Assembly: GCA_964423235.1 (NCBI GenBank)
Contig: CAYREJ010000001.1
Location: 1-35,266 of the forward strand
Origin: an uncultured Acidobacteriota bacterium
GTDB taxonomy: Bacteria > Acidobacteriota > HRBIN11 > MFGW01
Direction: 5' to 3'
Length of the DNA stretch: 35,266 bases
The position numbers and the translations under genes are program-made. The notes beneath the pieces were generated by a model. The model was not told where the DNA came from. It searched no databases and saw only the letters and a list, made by a program, of their open reading frames with translations. This document shows, one piece after another, positions 34,497-35,266 of the stretch; positions within the stretch are counted from its first letter, which is position 1, and each line of letters opens with the position of its first letter.

Positions 34497-35137
34497 TCTA
34501 AACTATCTTTACGATGTCGTATATATTCTATTATGCCGGGCATAATTGAAATTATAATAATAGCAAGAATGACTAAAGTAAAGTTCCTTTTCACAATGGG
34601 AATATTGCCAAAATAATAACCACCTGATACAAAAAGGGAGACCCACATAATTCCTCCTATAACATTAAAAGTGATAAATCTTATGTAAGTCATTGAGCCG
34701 ATGCCGGCAACAAATGGAGCAAAAGTTCTTATGATTGGGACAAAGCGTGCTAATATTATGGTCTTTCCACCATATTTTTCATAAAATCTATGTGTCTTTT
34801 CCAAATGTTTTTTATTAAGAAATCGGACATTTTCTTTATGGAAAATTTTCGGTCCGACATAATAACCTGCCCAATAATTTACGGTATCTCCTGCAATAGC
34901 AGCTATTGATAAAAGAATTAAAAGAAGATTATGATTTAAAGCTCCGATTGCTGCGAAGGCTCCTGCAGCAAATAAAAGAGAATCTCCGGGCAATACTGGT
35001 GTAATTACTAAACCAGTTTCACAGAAAATTATTGTAAAAAGTATAGCATAAGTCCAAACTCCATAATCTTGAATTATGACGCTGAGATATTTGTCTAAAT
35101 GAATTATAAAATCTATAAATTGAAAAATTAAGTCCAT
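34493..35137 (-). CDS. DedA (SNARE-associated/VTT) family membrane protein
   Basis: 214 aa. [36 protein letters not shown]. Stop overlaps the ATPase start (ATGA). Confidence 0.88.
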   Translation of the reverse strand: MDLIFQFIDFIIHLDKYLSVIIQDYGVWTYAILFTIIFCETGLVITPVLPGDSLLFAAGAFAAIGALNHNLLLILLSIAAIAGDTVNYWAGYYVGPKIFHKENVRFLNKKHLEKTHRFYEKYGGKTIILARFVPIIRTFAPFVAGIGSMTYIRFITFNVIGGIMWVSLFVSGGYYFGNIPIVKRNFTLVILAIIIISIMPGIIEYIRHRKDSLE

Positions 35138-35150
35138 AAATTAATTGAAT

Positions 35151-35178
35151 ATAGTATCATTTTTTTATTCTTTTTCAA
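35151..35178 (-). promoter_or_regulatory. Candidate promoter TTGAAA-N16-TACTAT (TGn-extended) for the dedA-ABC operon
   Basis: rc of 35173-35178 is TTGAAA and rc of 35151-35156 is TACTAT, preceded by TGA. 13 nt separate the -10 from the ATG at 35137, with no SD. Confidence 0.45.
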
Positions 35179-35199
35179 CTTGAATGATTGAATCAGCAT

Positions 35200-35266
35200 A
35201 AATTCACCAAGAGACACAGAGAACACAGAGATAAAATTGACTCTGCGCCCTCTGTTGTCTGTTTTT
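35200..35266. repeat. Heptad-repeat family copy (imperfect palindrome), truncated by the window edge
   Basis: aaattcaccaagagacacagagaacacagag (35200-35230), then the inverted arm ctctgcgccctctgttgtctg (35241-35261). Confidence 0.65.

Overview
This is a low-GC (roughly 30%) bacterial chromosomal segment, mostly transcribed on the minus strand. No rRNA, tRNA or CRISPR array was seen.

Left third: housekeeping genes yebC-ruvC-ruvA-ruvB, hutI plus a formimino-THF cyclodeaminase-like gene, DUF167, divIVA. A tightly packed operon follows: DUF2007, a 521-aa orphan, recD2, and an alkaline-phosphatase-superfamily/TPR fusion.

Middle:
- A repeat-containing coiled-coil membrane protein and a GT2 glycosyltransferase.
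- The most interesting locus: an operon behind a consensus sigma70 promoter encoding lysine 2,3-aminomutase (kamA), two Ddl-like ATP-grasp ligases and a GNAT acetyltransferase. I read this as a candidate undescribed beta-lysine ligation/acetylation pathway.
- Then rtcB, remA, yicC and an MsbA-like ABC exporter.

Right third:
- A 2.5-kb IS66-like element with perfect 26-bp inverted repeats. It carries a DUF4338 (DruA-like) gene instead of the usual tnpA/tnpB.
- A decayed DUF559 pseudogene and a clearly GC-richer (foreign) methyltransferase.
- A Wzx-like flippase, a second methyltransferase, and a DedA + 2 ATPase + 2 ABC-2 permease operon.

Intergenic regions are rich in unusual repeats. These include a tandem pair of ~190-bp palindromic elements built from GAGTT words, a related 191-bp element, and at least seven copies of a CTYTGTG/CACARAG heptad repeat family.

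All family assignments come from reading motifs in the translations and need HMM or BLAST confirmation. Intergenic coordinates may be off by 1-2 nt.
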